64,000 bases of DNA from Tubulanus polymorphus (taxonomy: Eukaryota > Animalia > Nemertea). The stretch is from NCBI RefSeq assembly GCF_964204645.1, contig NC_134028.1, positions 13,129,263-13,193,262 of the forward strand, written 5' to 3'. The notes under the pieces were generated by a model. It made no database searches and had not been told where the DNA came from. It saw only the letters and a list, made by a program, of their open reading frames with translations. Numbering within the stretch: position 1 is the first letter of the stretch; the number at the start of each line of letters is the position of its first letter. This document shows, piece by piece, positions 54,801 through 64,000 of the stretch. The translations under genes and the position numbers were made by a program.

Positions 54801-57800
54801 GGAATTGTTTGGTATTGACAAATTGTTTGTGGAACAGTATTGGGGAATCGGCACTGAACGTTCAGTCTCTAATGTGTCACAGCTGAAAACATGCGTATTG
54901 GGATCATTTCCAACAAAGTCATAGGCAGTAGCCAAATCGTAGATTCTCTGGTTGCAGGGCCCCCAAGAAACCTTTTAAAGAGGCTTGGCATCTTTCCCAG
55001 TCCAGATTAATGCCGGGCCTATGGCCTCTCGCAACAGCTTAGTATGATTGCTTCTTCTGCTTGTTGTTGATGTTGTTGTTTGCAGGCGCCATCTTGTTTT
55101 GGGAGTACTCCACTTTATGCACAATGACAATGTTGTTCGTATAAAATTTTCTATGAAATACCCCATCTTCCTATATTGGAAAATATTTTGAATGCTTCAT
55201 CATCAGGTACCATCGACCAAAATTTTGAAAGTCTTCAATGTTTTCTACTTGAAAATCACAGTTTAGAAGTATTCTATGAAATTCAATTCACTAAACCTCA
55301 GTTTGTTATCTTGAAATGCCTGGCAGCATCTTAGACACTGAGGAAGTGCTTGCTTTTCTGACACTTTAAAGAAATTTTTGCAAACTGCTGAACCACTGAC
55401 CTGAGATCCAGATACACGAGGTGAAATTTCCTTCGCAGGTGATTGAAATTCACCATTTGATTCCTATTAAAAACATGAGTACATGTAGTTACATTATCTC
55501 ACAATGACACCACTTACATCCGTATGATCGCAAGCAAGTGTTCATAGCACACCTCAGCAAGGTGGGTGACATTCCATTTTACTCAGGCCAATGGATTAAA
55601 CCTATCAGAAATTAGCTTTCCCACTCTTCCGAAAAGGCTGCCACAGTGGACATCTTGAATTTCTTCACTCATCAAATAACATGCGATTTCTTCTTAACTC
55701 AGTTTGTGTAATGGGGTAGGTCCATGGATGTAACTTATCGAAAATAAGCTTTCTCTCATCAAATATGGCTGCCATGGGGGACATATTGCATTTATTGTTA
55801 GTGTTCTCTATAAACATAAAATAACATAAAATTTCTTCTTGGTTAATGTAATGGGGTAGACACATGGATGAAACCTATCTAAAATTTGCTTTCCCACTCT
55901 TCCAAAACGGCTGCCACAGCGGACATGTTGAATTTCTTGATAGCGCTCTACACTCATTAAATAACATGTGATTTCTTCCTAACATGGTTTGTGTAAGGGG
56001 GAAGGCGCATGGATATAACCTATCAAAAATAAGCATCCTCTCTCATCGAATATGGCCACTATGGCGGACATCTTGAATTTTTGTTAACGCTCTACACATC
56101 AAATGACATGTGATTTCTTTTAAACTTGGTTTGTGTAATAAAATAAATCATGGATCGAAAATTAGCCTTCTCAGTCTTCCAATATGGCCACCACAGCAGA
56201 CAAATTGCATTTCTTGTTAGTGTTCTCTACACACATTAATTAACATACAATTTCTTTTACAATTGGTTTGTGAAATGGGGTAGGCCCATCGATGAAACCC
56301 ATTAAAAATTAGCTCTCTTCTCCCATATGGCCACCACAGCGACATGTCAAATTTCTTGTTAGGGCTCTACACACATCAAATAAGAAGATGAGATTTCTTT
56401 TAAACTTAGCTTTTGTAATGGGGTAGCAGGGTTAGAATTTCAGAATTTGTTATCCACAGCAAGTAACTTTCAGACTTGCTGAGGATGGCAGAAGCAATCC
56501 TCAGCAAGTCTAGCTCTCACTACAGCAAGTGCCCAACTTGAAATCAATACCCGGTTATATATTCCATGAACATTGAGAACCAATTGTATATGATAGTCAA
56601 TGTTATTTGGATACTTGAGTTAAACATTAAAATGTATATCAAATAACTTTAATTTTGTCAACAATATTCGTAAAAATTTAACACTAAAGATCAAATCATT
56701 GGAGACAGACTTGGGTCACAATTCATAATGACATGTGATTGAAATTAAATGAGTGGTGAAAAGATCAGGCCCTTCTAAAAATTATTGCAAGAACTTATAA
56801 CATCTTTACATTTATTATAATCTATAATTTCTTAAAGATAGAATATGGCACTGTGCACAACTATCAAATTCTGGTAACTAGGCCCACTGTAGGAATGAAA
56901 ATTGGGCCTACATGTAGTGGAAGCTTTTCAATTCAGATCAACATTCATGTTAAGGCCAAATAAAAAAAATCAGTTGTTTATCCTCCCCGCTTGACCCTAC
57001 GAAAATTACACAACCCCATTTAAAAAAAAAATTGTTCATTGCATTCTATTTTGGTTCATATCAGAAATAATTGCCATAGCTAAACCATTTCGTGACGATT
57101 GTAGGACAGTGTAGCAGTAAACAAAATAATTTATCAATCGAGGAAGTGCGTTCACTGAATAACAAATTGACGTTAATATTCGGTTATGGAGCATACACAG
57201 CGTGGATTTCCAGTTAAAATTTTATGAGTCAATAAAGTTCTATGTATTGAGTTGTATTTGTATTGTTTGTGGTGCCACACTTCCAGTCGCATGAACAATG
57301 CCGCTCGCTTGGGATAAGCAAGAAGACTGTTCTGCAACACAGTTGGAGTTATGAAGAGTTAAAATAAAAATTGTTTCGATCGAAAACCTGCTTCATTTAT
57401 CAATCGTATATCATTTACAACACTCGATCTACAATTAAAATTTAAAAAAAAAATTTTCACCCTACCAAAGTATTTTGAAAACTAGGGGTCCAGGGACACC
57501 ATGCCCACTTGGGACACCATGCCCACTTGGGAAGTGGTTTCAAATGCTCAATGATCTAACAATTTCAATATTCAAAGCCCCCTGGTGACCATATACAAAA
57601 ACCAATGACCTTGAAACTCACCACAATCATAGAACATGTCAGCAGCTACTGGATTGTGATAACAAAATATGCCTCCTTACCAATTTAATATGGAAATACT
57701 AAGTTATTCTCATAATTGGCTGATCAAAAATACCTGTCTCAGGCATAAAACATCCCTTTCCAAAGAATACCCATGAGCAATTGCAATGAGAAATGGCAAA

Positions 57801-60800
57801 CCAGTAGGAAGCTACAGGACTCAGAATTCGGGCCAACATTGACATTTTTGGGCAATTCAAATATATACGTAAGATCAAGGTTATTGATCAAGGCATCTTC
57901 AAAATTTACCTCAAAAAGTTCAAAAACATGTAAAAAGTGCTGATTTTGACGAACAACAATGGCTGCCAGTCGACCATCTTGATTCTGACAGGGCCAGTTT
58001 TTGGGCTGAAGATGTGTCTAGGATAACCAAATATCAAGACATTACCTTGAAGCGTCTTCAAAACTTCCCAAAATAACTGGATTCCATCGACGGACGGACG
58101 GACAGACGACAAGTGAACGCAATAGCCCGGTGGGACTAAAGTCCCAAGTGGGCTAAAAAAGGACGATAAACAACGAATTTTTTATATTTGGCCTATAAGC
58201 AGTTGTTTTTGTTAGATTGCAGCACAAATAGTTGTTGGTGCTAGCAAGGTAGCAGCACCGTACAGCACACAGTTAAGGCATCAGCTGTTGAAACTTTTGA
58301 TTTCATGTCAAACTTTTCAGATTTTTACAGAATTTTGATTACAAAATCTGGTGTCAGTGGTTGAAATTGTCAACAGCATTTTAAAGAAATTTAATAGACG
58401 GCATTTGAAGCCTTCGGTACAAAACTACATCAACGGCTATTTACTAATACATCGTTGGCAAAAGCTGTCGATTGCCGTCATTATATTCGAACCCTGGGTA
58501 GGCCCATGGATGAAACCCATCGAAAACAAAAATTTACTTTTAACATACTGGGCTGACATAAGTGGCGTTAGGTTCTGTAATTGACTTTTATCCCATCAGC
58601 CTTTGAGTGTTTTTCTATGATCAGGCCAGTTGCCCCACGCTTAACTGAGCATTATGCAATCATCAACAATATTACAACATGATCATTACACAAAATATCT
58701 GATACATGAGCCCCAAGGGGCACTATGGCCAGCCTGAGCTTTTCATAAAATGGCAAATGATGATGCATTCTGTGGGTTAAATTTGTCAAAATATACTCCA
58801 AGCTGAGAGTCAAAACCTAATAATTTACACAATACAATCGTAGAATACAAAAGTAGCACAGACGGCGACTGGATCTGGCAGGAACAAATACCTCAGATAA
58901 ATCTTTTCCCTTGGTCTTATTGATTTTATTGCGGAATAGAATTGAATTTTCTGAAATTTGCTCAATAAAACAAAATTGAATTGGATTTGATGTTTTATTT
59001 GTTCAATAAAGTAAAATTGAATTGGATTTAATATTTTCTTGCGGAATAAAATTTGATTGAATTTGTAGTTTGAGCACACGGCTAATTAGCATATCAAGGT
59101 CATCTATCCGATTTAAGAAAAAGCTATTTTTCCCGGACTTTGCACAATGGTCAATGATATTTACTGTAGTGCTAATAAAAATATTCCTCCCAAAAACCAA
59201 ATCAACTAAAGCTTTCACAGAAATCGATCTTGAAATACAACTTTAGATCTTAAAATAAAACCCAGAAGTAAAAAGGTCTAGATAAAGTTTTATCTCCTTC
59301 AGAAAAAAAGAAAACATTGGAAAAAGATGACCCTGATGTCAGTGCTCAGTGCAAAACTATTTCCCAAATTTTACTTGGAGGAGTTATAAACATTTCATCA
59401 ATAAAGCGAAAATGGTGATTGTGAAACATATCGACCATAGATTTTCTAAAATTCCCGGAGTTAATGTATCATGATCAAATTGAACTGCCAGGAATCAAAT
59501 TTTCAAAATTCCCAGATGTTTCCCATTATCATGTATGTGTAAAATTCATAATGTCCAGCCATATTGGAATAGCAACGAAGCTGATTTTTAATAGGTGAAA
59601 TCCATGGACCTAGAAAATGATAGCTGCAAAACATTTTAAAAAATTGCAAGTAATTTGAAGAGTAAAGAGTGCTAGTAAGAGGAAAGGGCATGGTGTACAC
59701 CGAGTAAAATAGAATGTCATGCCGCCCTACCAGGGTGACACAATAATATCAAATCTAAGAAAGGTCTACACATGTGTAGTAGCTTGCACTTTAATTTATT
59801 TAGGGCTGAAATGACTTTGTATTTGCCTGTGACCATATTGATGTGGCGGAGACATACTCCACATGCGAAGCAACTTCCAAAGTTCAAGATCAGTTCAAGT
59901 TCGATTGATTTTATTTCAAAACCTGTGTCAAATCAAAACAAAACACTGTAATAAGGAAATCATAAATTTGTGAATTGACAGAGAAACTATAACATGTACT
60001 TTGATTGACAGGTAACCAGCACATGGAATTAGCCGGCCATGCACCCAGCAGTTTCGACCACATCAATATAGTCACAGGCAAATGCCAAGGCATTTCATCC
60101 CTTGTTATTTTCATATAGTACGGCATTGTGACCGCCTGACACTGATCCTCAACATTTAATTGATTATCGGAACTTCAAAACAGATAAATTAATAATATCA
60201 TCACAAGGTATTTCTGTGATATTTCAAATCTATCTTTAGTTTCAATTTAGCGCATTTTAAGGAGATTATCAACCACCTGGAAGTAAAATCCAAGCCCTGT
60301 GTCAGTTGGTGGACTATCTAATCAAAAACCTTGATAACTTGTTACATTAACCAATTCAGCTATTTTTCAGATTTCTCTGAAGAATGATTTCCTCAATCTA
60401 TTGCCTCATAAGCTTATCCTAAAACATTTTCCATATGATCTAGGCATCAAAAATTAATTCATGAATAATTTTCAACAACGGCCTATTTGGGGAACCTATC
60501 TTACTGTTTATCTTCATAATGAAAACTTTTTGAATAGGTCTAACTCACGACAAGCATCATTAATTTGCGAATATGCTACTTCAAAGCACACTTGTTTGCT
60601 CAGTATGGCTGTAGTGCTGAGCGACAAAGTAAAATACCTTGTCAAATGAACTGACAAATATTCAACTATTACACGTTGATATGCTAAATTACGGAAATTA
60701 GAACAAGATACTTACTAACTGAGCCATCCTTTGAGCTAATTCACCAGCATCGATACCAGCTGCATTGCCATTCACAAGCCCCAATTTAGTCTTGCAACTC

Positions 60801-60802
60801 AC
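722..60802 (-). CDS. SEC31: Protein transport protein Sec31 (COPII outer coat), partial gene: 9 internal exons; the 5' WD40 region and 3' end lie outside the window
   Basis: Exons 60716-60802, 55401-55463, 50305-50419, 39704-39882, 25578-25704, 25136-25455, 23431-23634, 2436-2613 and 722-839 have AG acceptors, GT donors and compatible phases. They join into one ORF with Sec31 alpha-solenoid motifs ([32 protein letters not shown]; [11 protein letters not shown]; [13 protein letters not shown]; [12 protein letters not shown]; [14 protein letters not shown]; LRDRLY), followed by the low-complexity P/Q/S-rich region. Confidence 0.93.
1548..1675. repeat. (GCAC)n microsatellite
   Basis: About 30 tandem GCAC units, one interrupted. 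Confidence 0.98.
2436..2613 (-). CDS. SEC31: SEC31 exon, low-complexity region ([10 protein letters not shown]...ISHQR)
   Basis: gttttgtag acceptor, gtaaag donor, 178 nt, phase 0/1, open frame. Confidence 0.75.
3712..3830. repeat. (TA)n/(CA)n microsatellite inside the DIRS element
   Basis: Long TATA run with CA stretch. Confidence 0.95.
8763..9082 (-). mobile_element. Inverted Penelope pseudo-LTR (end of GIY-YIG ORF + 3' UTR + hammerhead)
   Basis: Near-identical reverse complement of 12062-12378; encodes [20 protein letters not shown]. Confidence 0.85.
8842..8883 (-). ncRNA. Minimal type I hammerhead ribozyme (Penelope-type)
   Basis: ACAC-CUGACGA-U-GAUCUC(UAGGGU)GAGAUC-GAAA-CGUC-GUGU on the minus strand. 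Confidence 0.85.
12259..12300 (+). ncRNA. Minimal type I hammerhead ribozyme (Penelope-type)
   Basis: CUGACGA 12263-12269, stem II GAUCUC/GAGAUC, GAAA 12289-12292, GUC cleavage triplet ending 12296, stem I ACAC/GUGU. Confidence 0.85.
12420..13553 (+). pseudogene. Penelope ORF: N-terminal domain and first RT motifs, truncated by inversion at ~13516
   Basis: 377-aa ORF with Penelope RT signature motifs. Confidence 0.88.
14683..15156. repeat. Tandem duplication, 239-bp period
   Basis: GGTCACCTAAAACATATT starts at 14683 and 14922; copies nearly identical. Confidence 0.95.
21581..22833. mobile_element. HINE/DINE-1-like element with an internal array of ~150-bp repeats
   Basis: Subterminal inverted motif GCCCACTTGGGA/TCCCAAGTGGGC, terminal hairpin, (GGAC)n tract, ~4 copies of the ATTCAACGCCCCCTGGTGACCATATAC... 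unit. Confidence 0.7.
23431..23634 (-). CDS. SEC31: SEC31 exon ([15 protein letters not shown]...EFGHQ)
   Basis: ctcttctcttatag acceptor, gtattt donor, 204 nt, phase 0/0. Confidence 0.88.
24810..24971 (-). mobile_element. End fragment of a second HINE/DINE-1-like family
   Basis: TTTTAGCTCGCTCATC start, hairpins and (GTCT)n microsatellite. Confidence 0.45.
25136..25455 (-). CDS. SEC31: SEC31 exon (DMLGTRLE...YIGVTNE)
   Basis: aatag acceptor, gtaaga donor, 320 nt, phase 1/0; [13 protein letters not shown] and LAAQGSL motifs. Confidence 0.95.
25578..25704 (-). CDS. SEC31: SEC31 exon ([42 protein letters not shown])
   Basis: ctgttgtag acceptor, gtaagt donor, 127 nt, phase 0/1. Confidence 0.93.
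26749..31936 (+). repeat. Tandem direct duplication, 2,595-bp period
   Basis: Identical ORF triplets offset by 2595 (28109/30704, 28437/31032, 28832/31427); only one substitution noticed. Confidence 0.97.
31795..32306 (+). pseudogene. Unknown ~170-aa coiled-coil/acidic ORF upstream of Helitron RepHel, with one frameshift
   Basis: [22 protein letters not shown]... joins ...[26 protein letters not shown]... if one A is added to the A6 run near 31910; preceded by a ttttttgtag acceptor. Confidence 0.5.
32368..36525 (+). pseudogene. Helitron Rep/PIF1 helicase split across several frames
   Basis: ORFs 32368-32922, 32958-35072, 35042-35548 and 35761-36525 carry consecutive RepHel motifs. Confidence 0.9.
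32368..36680 (+). mobile_element. Helitron (RepHel frameshifted; 3' end intact; 5' end not defined)
   Basis: CSHCHA..CCGNGKV Zn motif; Rep motifs [33 protein letters not shown]; PIF1 helicase [21 protein letters not shown]; 3' hairpin ACCCGTCC-ACCA-GGACGGGT followed by CTAG|T at 36680. Confidence 0.95.
38402..38968 (+). repeat. Dispersed repeat, second copy at ~58705-59272
   Basis: Both copies run from CATGAGCCCCA(A)GGGGCACTATGGCCAGCC to TAAAATAAAACCC(G/A)GAAGTAAAA. Confidence 0.8.
39704..39882 (-). CDS. SEC31: SEC31 exon ([22 protein letters not shown]...DTSSR)
   Basis: ttttattttag acceptor, gtaatt donor, 179 nt, phase 1/0; conserved Sec31 motif. Confidence 0.93.
40552..46520 (+). mobile_element. 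Full-length BEL/Pao LTR retrotransposon
   Basis: 257-bp TG..CA LTRs at 40552-40808 and 46264-46520; TSD AATCC; primer-binding site TGGTCCCTCGAGCC (tRNA-Tyr-like) at 40811; purine tract before the 3' LTR; gag-PR-RT-RH-IN order. Confidence 0.97.
40872..46169 (+). pseudogene. BEL/Pao gag-pol polyprotein with one in-frame TGA at 42399-42401
   Basis: LPKFSGD..W..FWD gag, three Cys/His knuckles, [10 protein letters not shown] protease, YVDN RT, FGDAS RNase H, integrase GVDYCGP/SDNA/YERLI; ORFs 40872 and 42411 are in the same frame. Confidence 0.95.
47560..48700 (-). mobile_element. Degenerate Penelope fragments (RT C-terminus and GIY-YIG endonuclease)
   Basis: [25 protein letters not shown] near 48470-48690; [16 protein letters not shown] near 47700-47760. 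Confidence 0.8.
48725..49785 (-). mobile_element. Degenerate CR1/L2-type LINE ORF2 fragments
   Basis: [26 protein letters not shown]; endonuclease-end DH motif and NWNNII; ~85-bp segment duplicated at ~48748 and ~49698. Confidence 0.6.
50305..50419 (-). CDS. SEC31: SEC31 exon ([38 protein letters not shown])
   Basis: aatttcag acceptor, gtaagt donor, 115 nt, phase 0/1; supplies the phase needed by exon 39704-39882. Confidence 0.85.
50730..55095 (-). mobile_element. Old CR1/L2-like LINE: ORF1 with coiled coil and SGNH esterase, ORF2 endonuclease; interrupted by insertions
   Basis: VLIIGNSH and [10 protein letters not shown] (SGNH blocks); [29 protein letters not shown] and WFDSDC motifs. Confidence 0.7.
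51830..52883 (+). mobile_element. 5'-truncated CR1/L2-type LINE (RT C-terminus, 3' UTR, (AACTT)n tail)
   Basis: [38 protein letters not shown]; AATAA repeated at 51825-51829 and 52879-52883. Confidence 0.88.
55401..55463 (-). CDS. SEC31: SEC31 exon ([21 protein letters not shown])
   Basis: tttttaatag acceptor, gtcagt donor, 63 nt, phase 0/0; joins to TPG of the next exon. Confidence 0.65.
55591..56426. repeat. Tandem array, ~140-bp units x6
   Basis: ATGGATGAAACCTATC-like starts at 55591, 55724, 55864, 56009, 56150 and 56288; the array resumes at 58497. Confidence 0.85.
56954..58193. mobile_element. MITE with ~30-bp TIRs at a TTAA-like site
   Basis: GGCCAAATAAAAAAAAATCAGTTGTTTATCCTCC versus GGACGATAAACAACGAATTTTTTATATTTGGCC. 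Confidence 0.55.
57481..58160. mobile_element. HINE/DINE-1-like element, internally deleted relative of 21581-22833
   Basis: Same ends and shared internal blocks; inserted in an A-run. Confidence 0.7.
60716..60802 (-). CDS. SEC31: SEC31 exon ([29 protein letters not shown])
   Basis: ttttacattgatag acceptor, gtaag donor, 87 nt, phase 0/0. Confidence 0.75.
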
Positions 60803-61959
60803 CTATCAATGTAAAAAAAACCACAAGCATAAAAAGCCACACATTCATTCAAGGAAAAACCAATGCAGCTAAACTAGGGGTCCAGGGACCACCACGCCCA
60901 CTCGGCGAGTGGTTGGAAATGCTCAACAAACAGAAAATTTCAATATTCAAAGCCCCCTGGTTAACGTATAAAGAAACAAATGACATTGAAACTCACCAAA
61001 ATCATAGAATAGGTCACGAGCTACAATTTTGCGATTGATCGTGGTAACGAACCATTGGACCATGCCCAATTGGGAAGTGGTTTGAAATGCCCAGCAATCA
61101 AACAATTTTAATATTCAATGCCCCCAGGAGATAATATACTGTCACCAATGACATTGATACTCAACACAATCATAGAAAAGGTCACGAGTTACAATTTTGC
61201 AGTTGATTGTGAAAGCATAATATGCCAAGGTTTTAATATAATGTGAAATAAAGGACCAATGGTCCAGTAGCTCACCAGTGGTGTGAAGTAAAAGATTTGT
61301 CATGTATAGGCTACAAGTACACAAAAATTCATTCCATTGAAGAAAAGAAAAAATATACATGATGTATCAAAAACGACTTAATTTTGGTCAGTGATAACTG
61401 ACTTTTAACGAGAATGAAATCTTCGAAAAATTTATTATGGGAATTTTTGTCTCAACAAATTAATGTTCATAATCATAGAATGACATATAAAACAACTAAA
61501 ACTATGAGTGACCCGGCAAAGTGAGAGCCTGGGTTTCATCCGAGGTTTTTCATCATCATACGGCCCAATTAGGACAGAAGCTCCCAAGTTTATAGAAATT
61601 TGAGGCCAGTGCCGTTTACAGACGAAACAAAGTTTATCGACTGACATATTTTTTAATAATTCATAATAGGATGTGTAATTTTGGACAGTTAAAGATGCTG
61701 CATAAAAAAACGTGCTCAAATAAATCAAATTTTTGATACTTTATGGTTAATTTCTCAAAAATTGAAACCCACGGCTTTCAACTTTGTGCACCATAAAGAA
61801 AACCAAATTATGAAATATAGCTGCAAAGCAGCGATAATGGGTTTTCTGCACAGCCTTGTTCGCGTCGAATACGAATGCGTGTATGCCGACGCGGCTCCAC
61901 CAGGCTATGAAAGGGAAGGGAATTTATAATCCTGTTCAACGGTCAACACGGTTTTATAA

Positions 61960-62172
61960 AATCAAGGTCTACAAACAGTCAATTGGGCTTACTTGTAACC
62001 ATGGATGATTGGACCAGATGGTTATTTGACTATTTGATGGTTATTCTCTTTATGGATTTCAAAAAGCATTTGATAAGGCACTACATCAGCGATAACTTTA
62101 CAAGCCTCTAGGAAATGGTATCAATGATGGGTCGCTTAAATGGCTCAGTCGTTTTCAACGATCGAAAACAGA
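61960..62172 (+). pseudogene. Small CR1-like RT fragment
   Basis: FMDFKK(AF)DK..H..L and LKWL..F..DRKQ motifs with frameshifts. Confidence 0.5.
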
Positions 62173-63589
62173 ATTGAAAACAGAAAATTATTGTCCTGAG
62201 AAAGGAAATTTTGTTCGAATATTGTTCTGTTCAATCAAGTAATAGAGGCCTACTTATTGTTCGAACTGAAAACCTTTCACTCCAATATAGAAAAAGCTAT
62301 GGTATTGTTTGAACGAAAAACTTTTTGTCCCGACATAAAAAATTGTTGAGCGAAAACAATTCTGTTCGATCAAACAACTAATATTTTGTTCGAACGAAAA
62401 GTTTTTCAAATTTTTCAAAAAAAAGTTTTGTTCGAACCAACTTCAAATCAAAAACTAGATTTTTTATTGCAAATTTAGTTTGAAGTTCAATCCATGTGTC
62501 CGTTAATAAACACAACAGTTATATTGTGTTTGTTTGAAACAGTAAAGCGCGTTGGACCCCGATAAACACTTCAAGCGGCCTAGAACTGATCTTCTATCAT
62601 CCGCAGTATTGAAAACACTGAATCCGAATATCAAGCGTGAGTTCAGCTTATATACAGGTATTTAGTGAATGACCTGGATGTGGATTTGTTAAAATCGATA
62701 TGTACTGTGGGACAAATAGAATATTGATATATGAATGAAATCCGCGGCCGAATCACTGGTAGTAATAAATTCATTTATTTTGATACCTCGTCAACACTAC
62801 AGCTTTTCTCCGCTGCATCTGTTCGGTGTGTTTAGTTTAGGCCTACGGCTGGCGCCAGTACTTAAATGATTCATCATAGTAAATATCCGGCAAATTTAGT
62901 AAAGGAAATTAGAATATTGTTTGATTAACTGTTTGAAGCCCGGGGCCAAATCCCTGGGAGTAATAAATTTATTAGTTTTTTATTTGATTCTCATGGCAAG
63001 GAGAACTTGCAGCGGATCCACAGAACGATGATGTAAAGACACACGTTCATTCATCGATCTTTACAGCTCGACGGTGCGTACAATATTTAGAGTAGTAAAT
63101 ATCCTGTGGATCGGTAAAGTGTAGCGATAGAGAAAATAGGTAATTGTTAAATTTGTCTCTTTATACTTGATTTAATAATGGAATTGACGAGCAGCCTGCG
63201 GTGGATTTCGGGATGACGACTCAGAAAAACATGTCGCCTCATTGAATGGGGTTCAATTTTTGATCTATACGATATGAAATAAAACGGATTTTATCGGAAA
63301 CAGCGGTAAGGTAAGAAAGCCTTTGCAGTTTTGACATCTATTGTCAAATAATAATAATAAACACGCGAATGTCAATAGGGTTTTCTGTGATGTAACAGAA
63401 AACCCTAGATATATTTTTGCCTAATCCTTTCAATTCATCCATTAGTAGTGAAATTACAGGCTACTGAAGTTGTGTTTGAGTGTGCTAAAAATAGCTTTGA
63501 GCGTAGTGTAGTAAGCATACAAATGATTATCGATCAGCCAGACGGTTGACATAGGCTCGCTAACACGAGCCAAAAACTAAGTTATTGTA

Positions 63590-63945
63590 CTAATCAACAC
63601 TCCCTGGTGACCATATACAAACATCAATGACCTTGAAAGTCAACACAATCAAAGAACATATCACAAACTACAACATTGCAAATGATTGTGATTAAAAAAA
63701 ATTCTTAAGACCAATATTTGGAAATAAGTTATTCTACTATTCAACATCCTCTAGTGACCATATACCAAAATCAATGTCCTTGAAACTCACAACAATAACA
63801 GAAAATTTCATGACCTACAACTATGCAATTGATTGTGGTTACAAAATATACATACAGGTACCAATGAATTCCAATTATACCAATTATGTACCAATTATGA
63901 ATAGACAAATTGTTTATAATTCAATATTCAATTCTCCCTGGTGGC
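63590..63945 (+). repeat. Degenerate copies of the HINE internal repeat unit (also at 21150-21390 and 60873-61220)
   Basis: CCCTGGTGACCATATACAAA..ATGACCTTGAAA..CACAATCA units. Confidence 0.7.
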
Positions 63946-64000
63946 AAAAAAAAGAATTGGGTGATTCCAATTACATGTTAGGAGATGTATCTTTAGAATA

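Larger units (their letters stand above)
56427..58496. mobile_element. hAT-like non-autonomous element inserted in the tandem array
   Basis: TIRs CAGGGTTAGAAT / ATTCGAACCCTG; GGTAG on both flanks. Confidence 0.6.

Overview
This is eukaryotic (invertebrate-type) genomic DNA. It covers the middle of a minus-strand SEC31 gene (COPII outer coat). I reconstructed nine phase-compatible GT-AG exons, 1,391 coding nt in total, between 722 and 60802. The introns are filled with nested mobile DNA. The ~21 kb intron at 2614-23430 holds a degenerate DIRS-type retrotransposon with inverted terminal repeats (ITRs) and an internal complementary region (ICR). Its RT is split by a 12.2 kb DNA element with ~0.8-1 kb terminal inverted repeats (TIRs) and an exact 8-bp target-site duplication (TSD). 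That element carries a rearranged Penelope retroelement with two hammerhead ribozymes in inverted orientation, plus decayed coding remnants. Other introns contain a 2,595-bp tandem duplication leading into a frameshifted Helitron, a very young BEL/Pao LTR element (257-bp LTRs, one nonsense codon), a LINE inside a LINE, nested MITEs, Helentron-associated (HINE/DINE-1-like) repeat elements and microsatellites. I found no prokaryotic genes, CRISPR arrays, rRNA or intact tRNA. Family assignments come from reading motifs by eye, not from database searches.
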